Source: Sandaracinaceae bacterium
GTDB lineage: Bacteria; Myxococcota_A; Polyangia; Polyangiales; Sandaracinaceae
Length of the DNA: 11,107 bases
Reading direction: 5' to 3'
Assembly (NCBI GenBank): GCA_044220955.1
Contig: JBGAQA010000152.1
Location: 1-11,107 of the forward strand
In this document: positions 1 through 9,308 of the stretch, piece after piece
How the letters are laid out: each line of letters starts with the position of its first letter
Position numbering within the stretch: position 1 is the stretch's first letter
Notes under the pieces: model-generated
Database searches by the model: none
Seen by the model: only the letters and a program-made list of their open reading frames with translations
What the model was told of the DNA's origin: nothing
Made by a program: the position numbers and the translations under genes

Positions 1-87
1 GTGGGCGCGGCCCCCCCCCGCGCGCCCGGGCGCGCGCCCGCGCCGCTCGTGCCGCGGCGTGGGCTCCTCGGTCCGCGCCTCGCTCAC
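1..87 (-). CDS. Partial (5' end) probable FlhB/YscU/EscU (SctU)-family export-apparatus protein; runs off the left edge
   Basis: Not in the ORF track. GTG at 87, 7 nt after the stop of the upstream gene, translates to MSEARTEEPTPRHERRGRAPG. This resembles the conserved FlhB/YscU N-terminus (KTE-x-PT-x-K/R-x-x-x-AR-x-x-G). Only 29 codons are visible and similarity fades near a C9 run at 11-19. Confidence 0.45.
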   Translation of the reverse strand, partial: MSEARTEEPTPRHERRGRAPGRAGGGRAH

Positions 88-94
88 CTTCGGC

Positions 95-1309
95 TCACTT
101 CGGCCGCGTCGTCCGGCCGCGCAGCACGAGCGCTGCCGCGAGCAGGAGAAGGCTCGTGGCGCCGATCGCGATCGACCAGAAGTGCCCTCGCGACTCCATC
201 TCGCGGTCCTCCTCCGTCTCACCGTCGGGCGCGTCGAGCTCCACGGGCGCCTCGCTCGAGACGTCGGCGAGCGTCACGCGGTGGCCACGGCTGCCGCCGA
301 GCGCCAGCGTCTCGAGCACCCGCTGGGCCTCGTCGAGCGTCCCGGTCGGCCCCCCGAGCGACATGCGCAGCGCGCGCGCGAACGTGGCGCCGCCGCCGCA
401 CTCGACGGTCATCTCGCTGGCGACCTGGCGGATGGCGGTGGGCGCGCCGTCCTGATGCAGCACGAGCCACTGCACCGGAGCGCCGAGCAAGGTGCCCGGC
501 GCGAGCACGCCGACGCCCTCGGGCGCGCGTGGTGGCTCCGTCCCGGCCGGCGCGACCTCCACGGCGAGCATCGCGCGCTCGGTGCCGAGGGGCACCACGT
601 GGGTGATCCGCACGAGCGTCCCGTTGCCGAGATCGTCGCGCAGGGCGATCCAGCCCTCCGGCAGCGTCAGGGTGATCGGATCGGCCGCCTCGCCGTCCAC
701 GCAGGCACGCGCCAGCTCGATGGTGCCGCGCTCGACCGCGTCGGGCGCCTGGCCCGCGGTCAGCGTGGCCATCACGGCCTCCGCGTACTCTGCGCCCGCC
801 GTCCGCGCGACGCCGTCGTCCGGGTCGTGGGTCTCGACGAGCGCCTCGATGCGATCGACCCAGCCGTCGGTGTGCACCGCGTAGACGCTGATCGGCCGGA
901 ACGCCCCGTCGGGCGAGACGTCGGCGCATCGGACGGCCACGAGGTCGGTCCGATCGCCGATGGTGCCGTAGGTCGGCGTCGCGCAGGGCGCGGGGAGCGC
1001 GCGCACCGCGGCCTCGAGATCGTCCGGACGCGACGACTCGAGCAGGGTCCCGCGGATCGCGAAGTTCCCCTCGGCGCTCTGGTACATCCCCGCGCTGTCG
1101 AGCGCCTCGCGCGAGGGAGGCGCGTTGGGCGGGGGCGTGGCCGCGGCCCGCACCGTGTCCTCGGGCATGACGACGCTCCAGCGCCCCGCGAGCACGGGCA
1201 CGCGGTTCCCGGCGGGATCCACCGCCGGCCAGGCGAGCGCCGGGGTCGTGGCGAGAGAGAGCGCCAGCGCGAGCGCGGCGCCTCCCAGGAGGTGACTTCG
1301 GTTCGACAT
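95..1309 (-). CDS. Secreted/cell-envelope hypothetical protein (404 aa) with signal peptide and C-terminal membrane anchor; possibly two PsbP/Mog1-like modules
   Basis: ATG at 1309 gives MSNRSHLLGGAALALALSLATTPALA/W (signal peptide with an ALA cleavage site). C-terminal hydrophobic helix FWSIAIGATSLLLLAAALVL is followed by basic RGRTTRPK. Composition is normal, unlike the Arg-rich alternative frames. Confidence 0.85.
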   Translation of the reverse strand: MSNRSHLLGGAALALALSLATTPALAWPAVDPAGNRVPVLAGRWSVVMPEDTVRAAATPPPNAPPSREALDSAGMYQSAEGNFAIRGTLLESSRPDDLEAAVRALPAPCATPTYGTIGDRTDLVAVRCADVSPDGAFRPISVYAVHTDGWVDRIEALVETHDPDDGVARTAGAEYAEAVMATLTAGQAPDAVERGTIELARACVDGEAADPITLTLPEGWIALRDDLGNGTLVRITHVVPLGTERAMLAVEVAPAGTEPPRAPEGVGVLAPGTLLGAPVQWLVLHQDGAPTAIRQVASEMTVECGGGATFARALRMSLGGPTGTLDEAQRVLETLALGGSRGHRVTLADVSSEAPVELDAPDGETEEDREMESRGHFWSIAIGATSLLLLAAALVLRGRTTRPK

Positions 1310-1367
1310 CGGCGCGAGCATAGCCCCAAGATGCGCGCGCACACGTGGCGCGCTCCTCCGTAGCCTG
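1303..1367 (+). repeat. Direct repeat copy 1 (perfect 30-bp core at 1323-1352)
   Basis: GCCCCAAGATGCGCGCGCACACGTGGCGCG is identical at 1323-1352 and 3770-3799. Hand alignment of 1303-1367 with 3750-3815 gives 56 matches in 66 columns, one gap. Confidence 0.95.
1317..1322 (-). promoter_or_regulatory. Putative -10 hexamer TATGCT for a leaderless transcript of the 95..1309 gene
   Basis: TANNNT match 7 nt upstream of the ATG at 1309; no Shine-Dalgarno in between. Confidence 0.45.
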
Positions 1368-1422
1368 CGCGATCCGCGCCTCTGCTCGCTGGACCACGCA
1401 TCGCCGAGATCGGCGCACGTGA

Positions 1423-1440
1423 TTTAAGCACCCCTTAAGC
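1423..1440. promoter_or_regulatory. Putative OmpR/PhoB-family (winged-helix) operator TTTAAG-N5-CTTAAG (TTAA-N7-TTAA)
   Basis: TTTAAGCACCCCTTAAGC: TTAAGC repeated with an 11-bp period at 1424 and 1435, in an intergenic region 23 nt upstream of the ATG at 1464. Strongly AT-rich for this DNA. Confidence 0.55.
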
Positions 1441-1463
1441 GGTCGGCGTGGGACCCCACGCTC

Positions 1464-2336
1464 ATGACGAACGACGCGCAGCTCGGACACCACGACCGGT
1501 TCCTGCTCTCGCAGCTGCGGCCGCAGCTACGGCCCGGTGAGGAGGTTCGTGCCCTCGGCGTGGGGCTCGCCTTCGATCGCTACAACCTCCTGGGCAACCC
1601 GGTCGGGAGCCCGAAGCCCTGGTTCATCGCCGCGACCACCCAGCGCCTCTTCTGCGTGGAGTCCCGCTTCGGGGGTCTGCTCGGCGGGGGCGCGCCGGAG
1701 CTCACCGCGCGGCGGACCGAGTCCTGGGAGTACGTCGAGCTAGAGGCCACGCGCTTCGAGTGGTTCGGCGGCTTCCACAACGCGAACGCGCTCTTCCTGC
1801 AGCCGCGGCCGAGCGCCGGGCCGCGCCACGGCCAAGGCGCGCGATTCGACCTGAAGCCGAGCTTCGAGGGCTGCACGCAGCAAGCGCAGCTCGCGCTCGA
1901 CGTGCCTGCCTGGCTGCAGTCCGTGGTTGCAGGGACCCAGCCGCCAACGTCTCCGCTGCCTCCGCGGGCCCCGGTGGCGACCCCGCCAGCGCGCCGTCCC
2001 TCGGTCATTCCCCAGGCGCTCTTGGGCATGCTCTCCGTCTTGGTGCTCACGGCGGCGTTGTTCGCCGCGTTCGTGTCCGCACGCACCGCGATCCGGGCCG
2101 ATTCGGAGGAGACCGAGGCCGCCGTGCAGAGCGCGAGCGGCGAGCGCTTCGCCGACATCCGTGCGCGCTCGACGCTGTCGAGCGCCCGGGCGGCGCGGCG
2201 GCGCTCGCACGAAGCGGCGACCGTCGGGGCGAGCCTCGGCGTGCTCGGTCTCGGCCTCGCGAGCGCCTCCCTCGCCGCCAGGCGCCGGCGCCGCGCGCGT
2301 GTCGCGACGCTCGACGCCATGAGTGGCTCGAGCTGA
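1464..2336 (+). CDS. Membrane protein (290 aa): N-terminal bacterial PH-like domain, Pro-rich linker, two C-terminal TM helices
   Basis: LRPGEEV...WFIAATTQRLFCV resembles the bPH pattern (L-x-x-GE-x-V ... T-x-x-RL). Linker PPTSPLPPRAPVATPP. Hydrophobic segments ALLGMLSVLVLTAALFAAFV and VGASLGVLGLGLASASL are followed by RRRRR. Confidence 0.75.
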   Translation: MTNDAQLGHHDRFLLSQLRPQLRPGEEVRALGVGLAFDRYNLLGNPVGSPKPWFIAATTQRLFCVESRFGGLLGGGAPELTARRTESWEYVELEATRFEWFGGFHNANALFLQPRPSAGPRHGQGARFDLKPSFEGCTQQAQLALDVPAWLQSVVAGTQPPTSPLPPRAPVATPPARRPSVIPQALLGMLSVLVLTAALFAAFVSARTAIRADSEETEAAVQSASGERFADIRARSTLSSARAARRRSHEAATVGASLGVLGLGLASASLAARRRRRARVATLDAMSGSS

Positions 2337-2342
2337 CACCGC

Positions 2343-3587
2343 TCAGGGACGTGCAGTGCTCGAAGCCGCCGCCTCGGCGTCGACCATGGCGATGACGATC
2401 GCCGGGTTGATCCGGTACGCCCCCGCGCTCGACTCCACGTCGTGCCCGAGCCCGAGCTTGCGCAGGGTGCTGACCGCCACGTGGACGCGGTTGCGCGCGG
2501 CGCGCGCCAGCATGCGCTCTCCCGGCCATCCCGCGCTCGCGAGATCACTCAGCGTCAGGCTCGCGCCGGGGCGCTCGATGCGAGCCCGCACCAGAGCGAG
2601 CACGATGCGCCGCAGCGCTCCGCGGCCCGGCACGACGAGGGGAGGCAAGCCGATGCGCTCGATCCGCGAGCCATCGACCGCGACGCGCCAAGAAACCTGA
2701 GCCGCGCCGACGAGCAGCCTCCCCTCCTCCTCGAGGATCACGCCGATCGCGCGACGGAATGCGTCGGGATCGGGACGCACGCCGAGCAGGTCGCGGATCC
2801 GATCCGAGGTGGCGATCGCCTGGTCGATCGAAGCACGCGTCTCCGGCAAAGCCGTGAGCACACGTCGCTCGAACCAGACGAGCTTGCCGATGAGCTCGAA
2901 GTCCTCCCGGAGCGAATTGCCGGCGAGTACGCGCACGATCGCGGGCCGGAGGCGCATGAACGGGACCAGCGCGCGCATGAAGTGCAGGAGCGCGACGAAT
3001 TCCGAGCTGCGGGTCGGTGGCGCGCCGATGGCCACCTCGGGCGCCTGGAACGCGGTTCCTCGACCCCCCATCCGTCCGGACTCGTCGGCGACGATGACGT
3101 TGTGCCCGAAACCGACGATCCAGAAGCGGCCATCCGGCGCGAAGAGCACGTTGCCGTAGGCGATGGCGCCGAGGGAGAGAGGCCGTCCCGCGGCGTCTTG
3201 CGTGGCGAACGCCGCGAAGAGGCCGTCTCGGAGCGACGTGATGAATCCGTCGGCCGCCCCGTGCTCGATCGAGATCTCTCTCGCGCGCGCGAGCATCAGG
3301 AGGCCCGCGAGATCCGTGCGCGCCGGCACGTCGAGCGCCACCCAGTCCCCCTCGTCTCCTCGAGCGAGGACGGGAGCGACGATGGGATGAGCGATGCGAG
3401 CATGCGCGTCGTGGAGCGCCGCGAGCGCCGCGCGGACGCCGTCGACCCGCGCGAGCGGCGAGCCGGTGACGACGACGCACTCGCGCCCCGAGACCGCGTC
3501 GCGCGCGGCCGTGATGCGGAAGGCCCCCTCGGCCGACACCGGCAGCGGGTCGAGGAAGCGCCCGAGCCAACGCTCCTCCCGTCTCAC
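2343..3587 (-). CDS. Ser/Thr pseudokinase fused to a C-terminal OmpR-like winged-helix domain (start GTG 3587, alternatively GTG 3668)
   Basis: Kinase-fold landmarks in order: WLGRF, AARD, HPIVAPV, LGAIAYGNVLF (catalytic-loop position), IVGFG (DFG position), GTAFQAPEV. C-terminus LTLSDLASAGWPGERMLARAARNRVHVAVSTLRKLGL...GAYRI matches the wHTH tail common in myxobacterial regulators. The track's extension to 4433 is the antisense shadow of the DUF3105 gene. Confidence 0.85.
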   Translation of the reverse strand: MRREERWLGRFLDPLPVSAEGAFRITAARDAVSGRECVVVTGSPLARVDGVRAALAALHDAHARIAHPIVAPVLARGDEGDWVALDVPARTDLAGLLMLARAREISIEHGAADGFITSLRDGLFAAFATQDAAGRPLSLGAIAYGNVLFAPDGRFWIVGFGHNVIVADESGRMGGRGTAFQAPEVAIGAPPTRSSEFVALLHFMRALVPFMRLRPAIVRVLAGNSLREDFELIGKLVWFERRVLTALPETRASIDQAIATSDRIRDLLGVRPDPDAFRRAIGVILEEEGRLLVGAAQVSWRVAVDGSRIERIGLPPLVVPGRGALRRIVLALVRARIERPGASLTLSDLASAGWPGERMLARAARNRVHVAVSTLRKLGLGHDVESSAGAYRINPAIVIAMVDAEAAASSTARP

Positions 3588-3676
3588 GACCGCTGTCCCC
3601 GCGTCGAGCGTGCGACGCGCGGCGCGCAAGCCGAACCGAAGAAGCAAGGGTCCACCCTCGACCTCCACCCACGGCA

Positions 3677-3685
3677 ATCGTATCA
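3677..3685 (-). promoter_or_regulatory. Putative extended -10 (TGaTACGAT) for the pseudokinase-wHTH gene
   Basis: Minus strand reads TG-A-TACGAT, 8 nt upstream of the in-frame GTG at 3668. Confidence 0.45.
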
Positions 3686-3749
3686 GTCTCGCCCTCGGGC
3701 GCGCAGCAGCGTCCAGGTGGTCGAGAGCCGGTGGCGGCGGCGGCCCGGG

Positions 3750-3815
3750 TCGACATCCTCGCGCGGATGGCCCCAAGATGCGCGCGCACACGTGGCGCGG
3801 CTCCTCTCCTGCCTG
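3750..3815 (+). repeat. Direct repeat copy 2 (perfect 30-bp core at 3770-3799); contains the DUF3105 start codon
   Basis: Same sequence as 1303-1367, offset by 2447 bp. Confidence 0.95.
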
Positions 3816-4421
3816 GGCTCCCTGGTCCTCTTCTCCTGCGCGATGAGCACCTCTTCCTCGGGGGGCGTCGTCGAGCGCACCGACGTCGTCACGACCCACC
3901 CCGCCGCCACCCCGATCGCGCCGGCGACGAGCTGCGACGTGACCACCGCGACGCAGCCGGCCGCCGCGCGCCAGCACCGTGCCTCGTGCAGCGCGATCGA
4001 CTACCTCTTCGTCCCGCCCGCGGCCGGCAACCACTACGACACCTGGGCCGACTTCCTGACGTACGACGCGCCCGTGCCCTGGGGCTTCCTCGTGCACGCG
4101 ATGGAGCACGGTGCGGTCGTGCTCGCCTACGACCCGGAGAGCCCGGCGGCCGCCGACGTGCGAGCGGCGTTCGCGTCGCTCGTGTCCGCGCACGGCCTCG
4201 ATCCGATCTGCCGCGCGGAGAGCTGGCCCTCGCGCTTCATCGTGGTGCCGGCGCACGATCTCGAGACACCGATCGCAGCGCTCGCGTGGGAGCACACCTA
4301 CGAGGCGAGCTGCCTCGACGTGCCCTCGCTCAGCACCTTCGTGGAGGCTCACTACGGACAGGCGCCGGAGGCCCTCTGTGTCCCCGGCGCGGACCTGAGC
4401 GCGAGAGGATGGTGCGACTGA
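3792..4421 (+). CDS. DUF3105-domain lipoprotein (209 aa)
   Basis: GTG at 3792 gives MARLLSCLGSLVLFSC (lipobox-like LFSC). Motifs PPAAGNHY, W, TYDAPVP, LVHAMEHGAVVLAY and IAALAW are characteristic of DUF3105. Confidence 0.85.
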   Translation: MARLLSCLGSLVLFSCAMSTSSSGGVVERTDVVTTHPAATPIAPATSCDVTTATQPAAARQHRASCSAIDYLFVPPAAGNHYDTWADFLTYDAPVPWGFLVHAMEHGAVVLAYDPESPAAADVRAAFASLVSAHGLDPICRAESWPSRFIVVPAHDLETPIAALAWEHTYEASCLDVPSLSTFVEAHYGQAPEALCVPGADLSARGWCD

Positions 4422-5134
4422 TGGCGAAGGCACACACGGAGTGGACCGTCCTCTCGAACGGCCCGATCGAGAAGCTCTCGCCGCGCGTCTGGCGCGTCGA
4501 GGGGTCGCTCCCGGGCATGCCGCTCCGGCGCGTGATGACGATCCTGCGATGCGCCTCGGGCGAGCTCGTCGTGCACAACGCGATCGCCCTCGAGGCCGCG
4601 GCGATGGCCGAGCTCGAGGCGTGGGGCGAGGTCCGCTGGATCCTGGTGCCGAACGGCTTCCATCGCCTGGACGCGCCCGCCTTCGCGAAGCGCTTCCCCG
4701 GCGCGAAGGTGCTCTGCCCCCCGGGCTCCCGCGCGAAGGTCGAAGAGGTCGTGCAGGTCGCGGGCACCTACGCGGACTTCCCGCGGGACGCCGCGGTGAC
4801 TCTGCACGTGCTCGACGGCGTGGGCGAGCAGGAGGGCTACGTGCGCGTGGAGGACGAGGCCGGCGTCACGCTCGTGATGAACGACCTCGTGTTCAACATG
4901 CCGCACGTGCCCGGCGTGCAGGGCTTCGTCCTGAAGCACGTGACGAGGTCGACCGGCGGCCCCCAGCTGACGCGCGTGAGCCGCTTCTTTCTGGTGAAGG
5001 ACGCCGCGCGCGTGCGCGCGCAGCTCGAGACGCTCGCCGCGACGCCACGCCTGAGGCGTGTGATCGTGTCGCACCACCAGACGATCGAGGAGGATCCCGC
5101 GGGCGTGCTCCGTCGCGTGGCCGCGACGCTCTGA
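4421..5134 (+). CDS. DUF4336-like metallo-beta-lactamase-fold protein (237 aa)
   Basis: ATG at 4421 overlaps the upstream stop (TGATG), with GAGAGGA upstream. Motifs RVMTILR..GELVVHNAIAL, GEVRWILVPNGFHRLD, FPGAKV, TLVMNDLVFN and RVIVSH. Confidence 0.8.
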   Translation: MAKAHTEWTVLSNGPIEKLSPRVWRVEGSLPGMPLRRVMTILRCASGELVVHNAIALEAAAMAELEAWGEVRWILVPNGFHRLDAPAFAKRFPGAKVLCPPGSRAKVEEVVQVAGTYADFPRDAAVTLHVLDGVGEQEGYVRVEDEAGVTLVMNDLVFNMPHVPGVQGFVLKHVTRSTGGPQLTRVSRFFLVKDAARVRAQLETLAATPRLRRVIVSHHQTIEEDPAGVLRRVAATL

Positions 5135-5152
5135 GCGCCTGAGCCGATGGGG

Positions 5153-5158
5153 TAGACT
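5153..5158 (+). promoter_or_regulatory. Putative -10 hexamer TAGACT upstream of the kinase
   Basis: TANNNT match 10 nt before the ATG at 5169; no Shine-Dalgarno visible. Confidence 0.35.
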
Positions 5159-5168
5159 CGGCGCACGC

Positions 5169-7907
<2,739 letters not shown>

Positions 7908-7919
7908 AGCGCAGGCCGC

Positions 7920-9296
7920 TCAGGCCGTGCGGCGCGCGAGGTAGTCGATGAGATCGATCTTCGTCACGACGCCGACGATCTTGCCCTCGTCGGTGACGAT
8001 CGCCATGCGCGCGTCGTTGAGCAGGCCCTGCAGGTTCTCGATGCTGGTGCGCGGCGAGACCGTCGCGTAGTCGCTCTCGGCCAGCACGCCGACCGCGCTG
8101 TCGAGCGAGTGCTCGCCGCTCACGAGGTAGCGGAGCAGATCGACCTCGGCGACGGCGCCCGTGACCTTGCCGGCGTCCACGACCGGCAGCTGCGAGATGC
8201 CGTGCGCCTTCATGCGCGCGATCACGTCGCGAACGCGATCGCCCGGCTGCGCCGTGATGATCTCCTCGCTCTTGGTCTTGAGCAGGTCCGAGACGACGCC
8301 GAGGCCGGTGTTCTCGAGGAAGCCGTTCTCGCGCATCCAGTCGTCGTTGAAGATCTTCGACAGGTACTTCGCCGCCGAGTCCGGCAGGATGACGAGGACG
8401 TTCTCCTTCTTCTGCGTCTGTCGCGCGTACTTGAGCGCGCCCGCCACGGCCGCGCCGCAGCTGCCGCCGACGTAGAGCCCCTCGAGCCGGACGAGATCGC
8501 GCGTCGTCGTGAAGCACTCCTTGTCGTCGACGCGGATGATCTCGTCGAGGATCTTCAGGTTCATCGTGCTGGGGAAGAAGTCCTCGCCGATGCCCTCGAC
8601 CTTGTAGGTGAAGGGCTTGGTGACGCGGCCGCTCTTGACGTAGTCGTAGTAGAGCGAGCCGACGGGATCGACGCCGACGACCTGCAAGGACGGCTTCTTC
8701 TCCTTGAGGAACTTGCCCGTGCCCGAGATCGTGCCGCCGGTGCCGAGGCCCGCGACCAGGACGTCGACCTCGCCGCCGGTCTGCTGCCAGATCTCCGGCC
8801 CCGTCGAGTGGTAGTGGCCCGCGGGGTTGTCGAGGTTGTGGTACTGGTTCGCGTAGAACGAGCTGGGCGTCTCGTTCGCGAGGCGCTTGGCCACCTGGTA
8901 GTAGCTGCGCGGATCGTCGGGCTCGACCGCGGTCGGGCAGACGACGACCTTCGCGCCGTAGGCCTTGAGCGACTGGATCTTCTCCGCCGCCATCTTGTCG
9001 GGCATGACGAAGATGCACTTGTAGCCGCGGATGGCGCTGATCATGGCGATGGCCGCGCCGGTGTTGCCGCTCGTCGCCTCGATGATCGTGCTCCCGGGCT
9101 TCAGCTCGCCGCGCTTCTCGGCCTCGTCGAGCACGCGCATCACCATGCGGTCCTTCATCGAGCCCGCCGGGTTCATGAACTCGCACTTCACGTAGAGGCT
9201 GGCCGGCAGGTCGGCGCCGATCCGGTTGAGCTTGATGATCGGCGTGTTGCCGATCGCGGACAGAACGTTGGGGAGCGCACCCTTCATCAGCGTCAT
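7920..9296 (-). CDS. cbs: Cystathionine beta-synthase (PLP fold-type II catalytic domain plus C-terminal CBS pair)
   Basis: IGNTP, CEFMNPAGSMKDR (PLP lysine), EATSGNTG, NQYHN, GLGTGGT, YKVEGIGEDF and YLSKIFNDDWM, then tandem CBS domains (ISQLPVV, GVVTKIDLI). Start could be the Met at 9287. Confidence 0.92.
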   Translation of the reverse strand: MTLMKGALPNVLSAIGNTPIIKLNRIGADLPASLYVKCEFMNPAGSMKDRMVMRVLDEAEKRGELKPGSTIIEATSGNTGAAIAMISAIRGYKCIFVMPDKMAAEKIQSLKAYGAKVVVCPTAVEPDDPRSYYQVAKRLANETPSSFYANQYHNLDNPAGHYHSTGPEIWQQTGGEVDVLVAGLGTGGTISGTGKFLKEKKPSLQVVGVDPVGSLYYDYVKSGRVTKPFTYKVEGIGEDFFPSTMNLKILDEIIRVDDKECFTTTRDLVRLEGLYVGGSCGAAVAGALKYARQTQKKENVLVILPDSAAKYLSKIFNDDWMRENGFLENTGLGVVSDLLKTKSEEIITAQPGDRVRDVIARMKAHGISQLPVVDAGKVTGAVAEVDLLRYLVSGEHSLDSAVGVLAESDYATVSPRTSIENLQGLLNDARMAIVTDEGKIVGVVTKIDLIDYLARRTA

Positions 9297-9308
9297 GGGG
9301 GCGCGACT

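Noticed and set aside
11..19. C9 homopolymer as a phase-variation tract
   Set aside because: It lies in low-complexity GC sequence at the window edge and may be a sequencing or assembly error; nothing supports slippage.
59..1493. Long alternative ORFs 59..1363 (+) and 219..1493 (-)
   Set aside because: Arg/Gly-rich shadow frames of the 95..1309 gene, expected at this GC content.
2545..3789. 414-aa minus ORF beginning like the 95..1342 ORF (MRAHLGA...MS)
   Set aside because: The shared N-terminus comes from the DNA repeat; the rest is an Arg-rich off-frame overlap of the pseudokinase gene.
1323..3799. The 30-bp repeat as a CRISPR repeat, IS end or integron attC site
   Set aside because: Only two copies 2.4 kb apart in direct orientation; no cas, transposase or integrase gene, and no RYYYAAC/GTTRRRY boxes.
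2343..4433. Fully overlapping antisense ORFs of 696 aa (-) and 659 aa (+)
   Set aside because: Each is one real gene plus stop-free read-through across the other; the credible genes are divergent and do not overlap.
5135..5164. Imperfect hairpin GCGCC(T)GAG...CTCGGCGC as a terminator
   Set aside because: Short bulged stem, 13-nt loop and no U-tract; it also overlaps the candidate -10.
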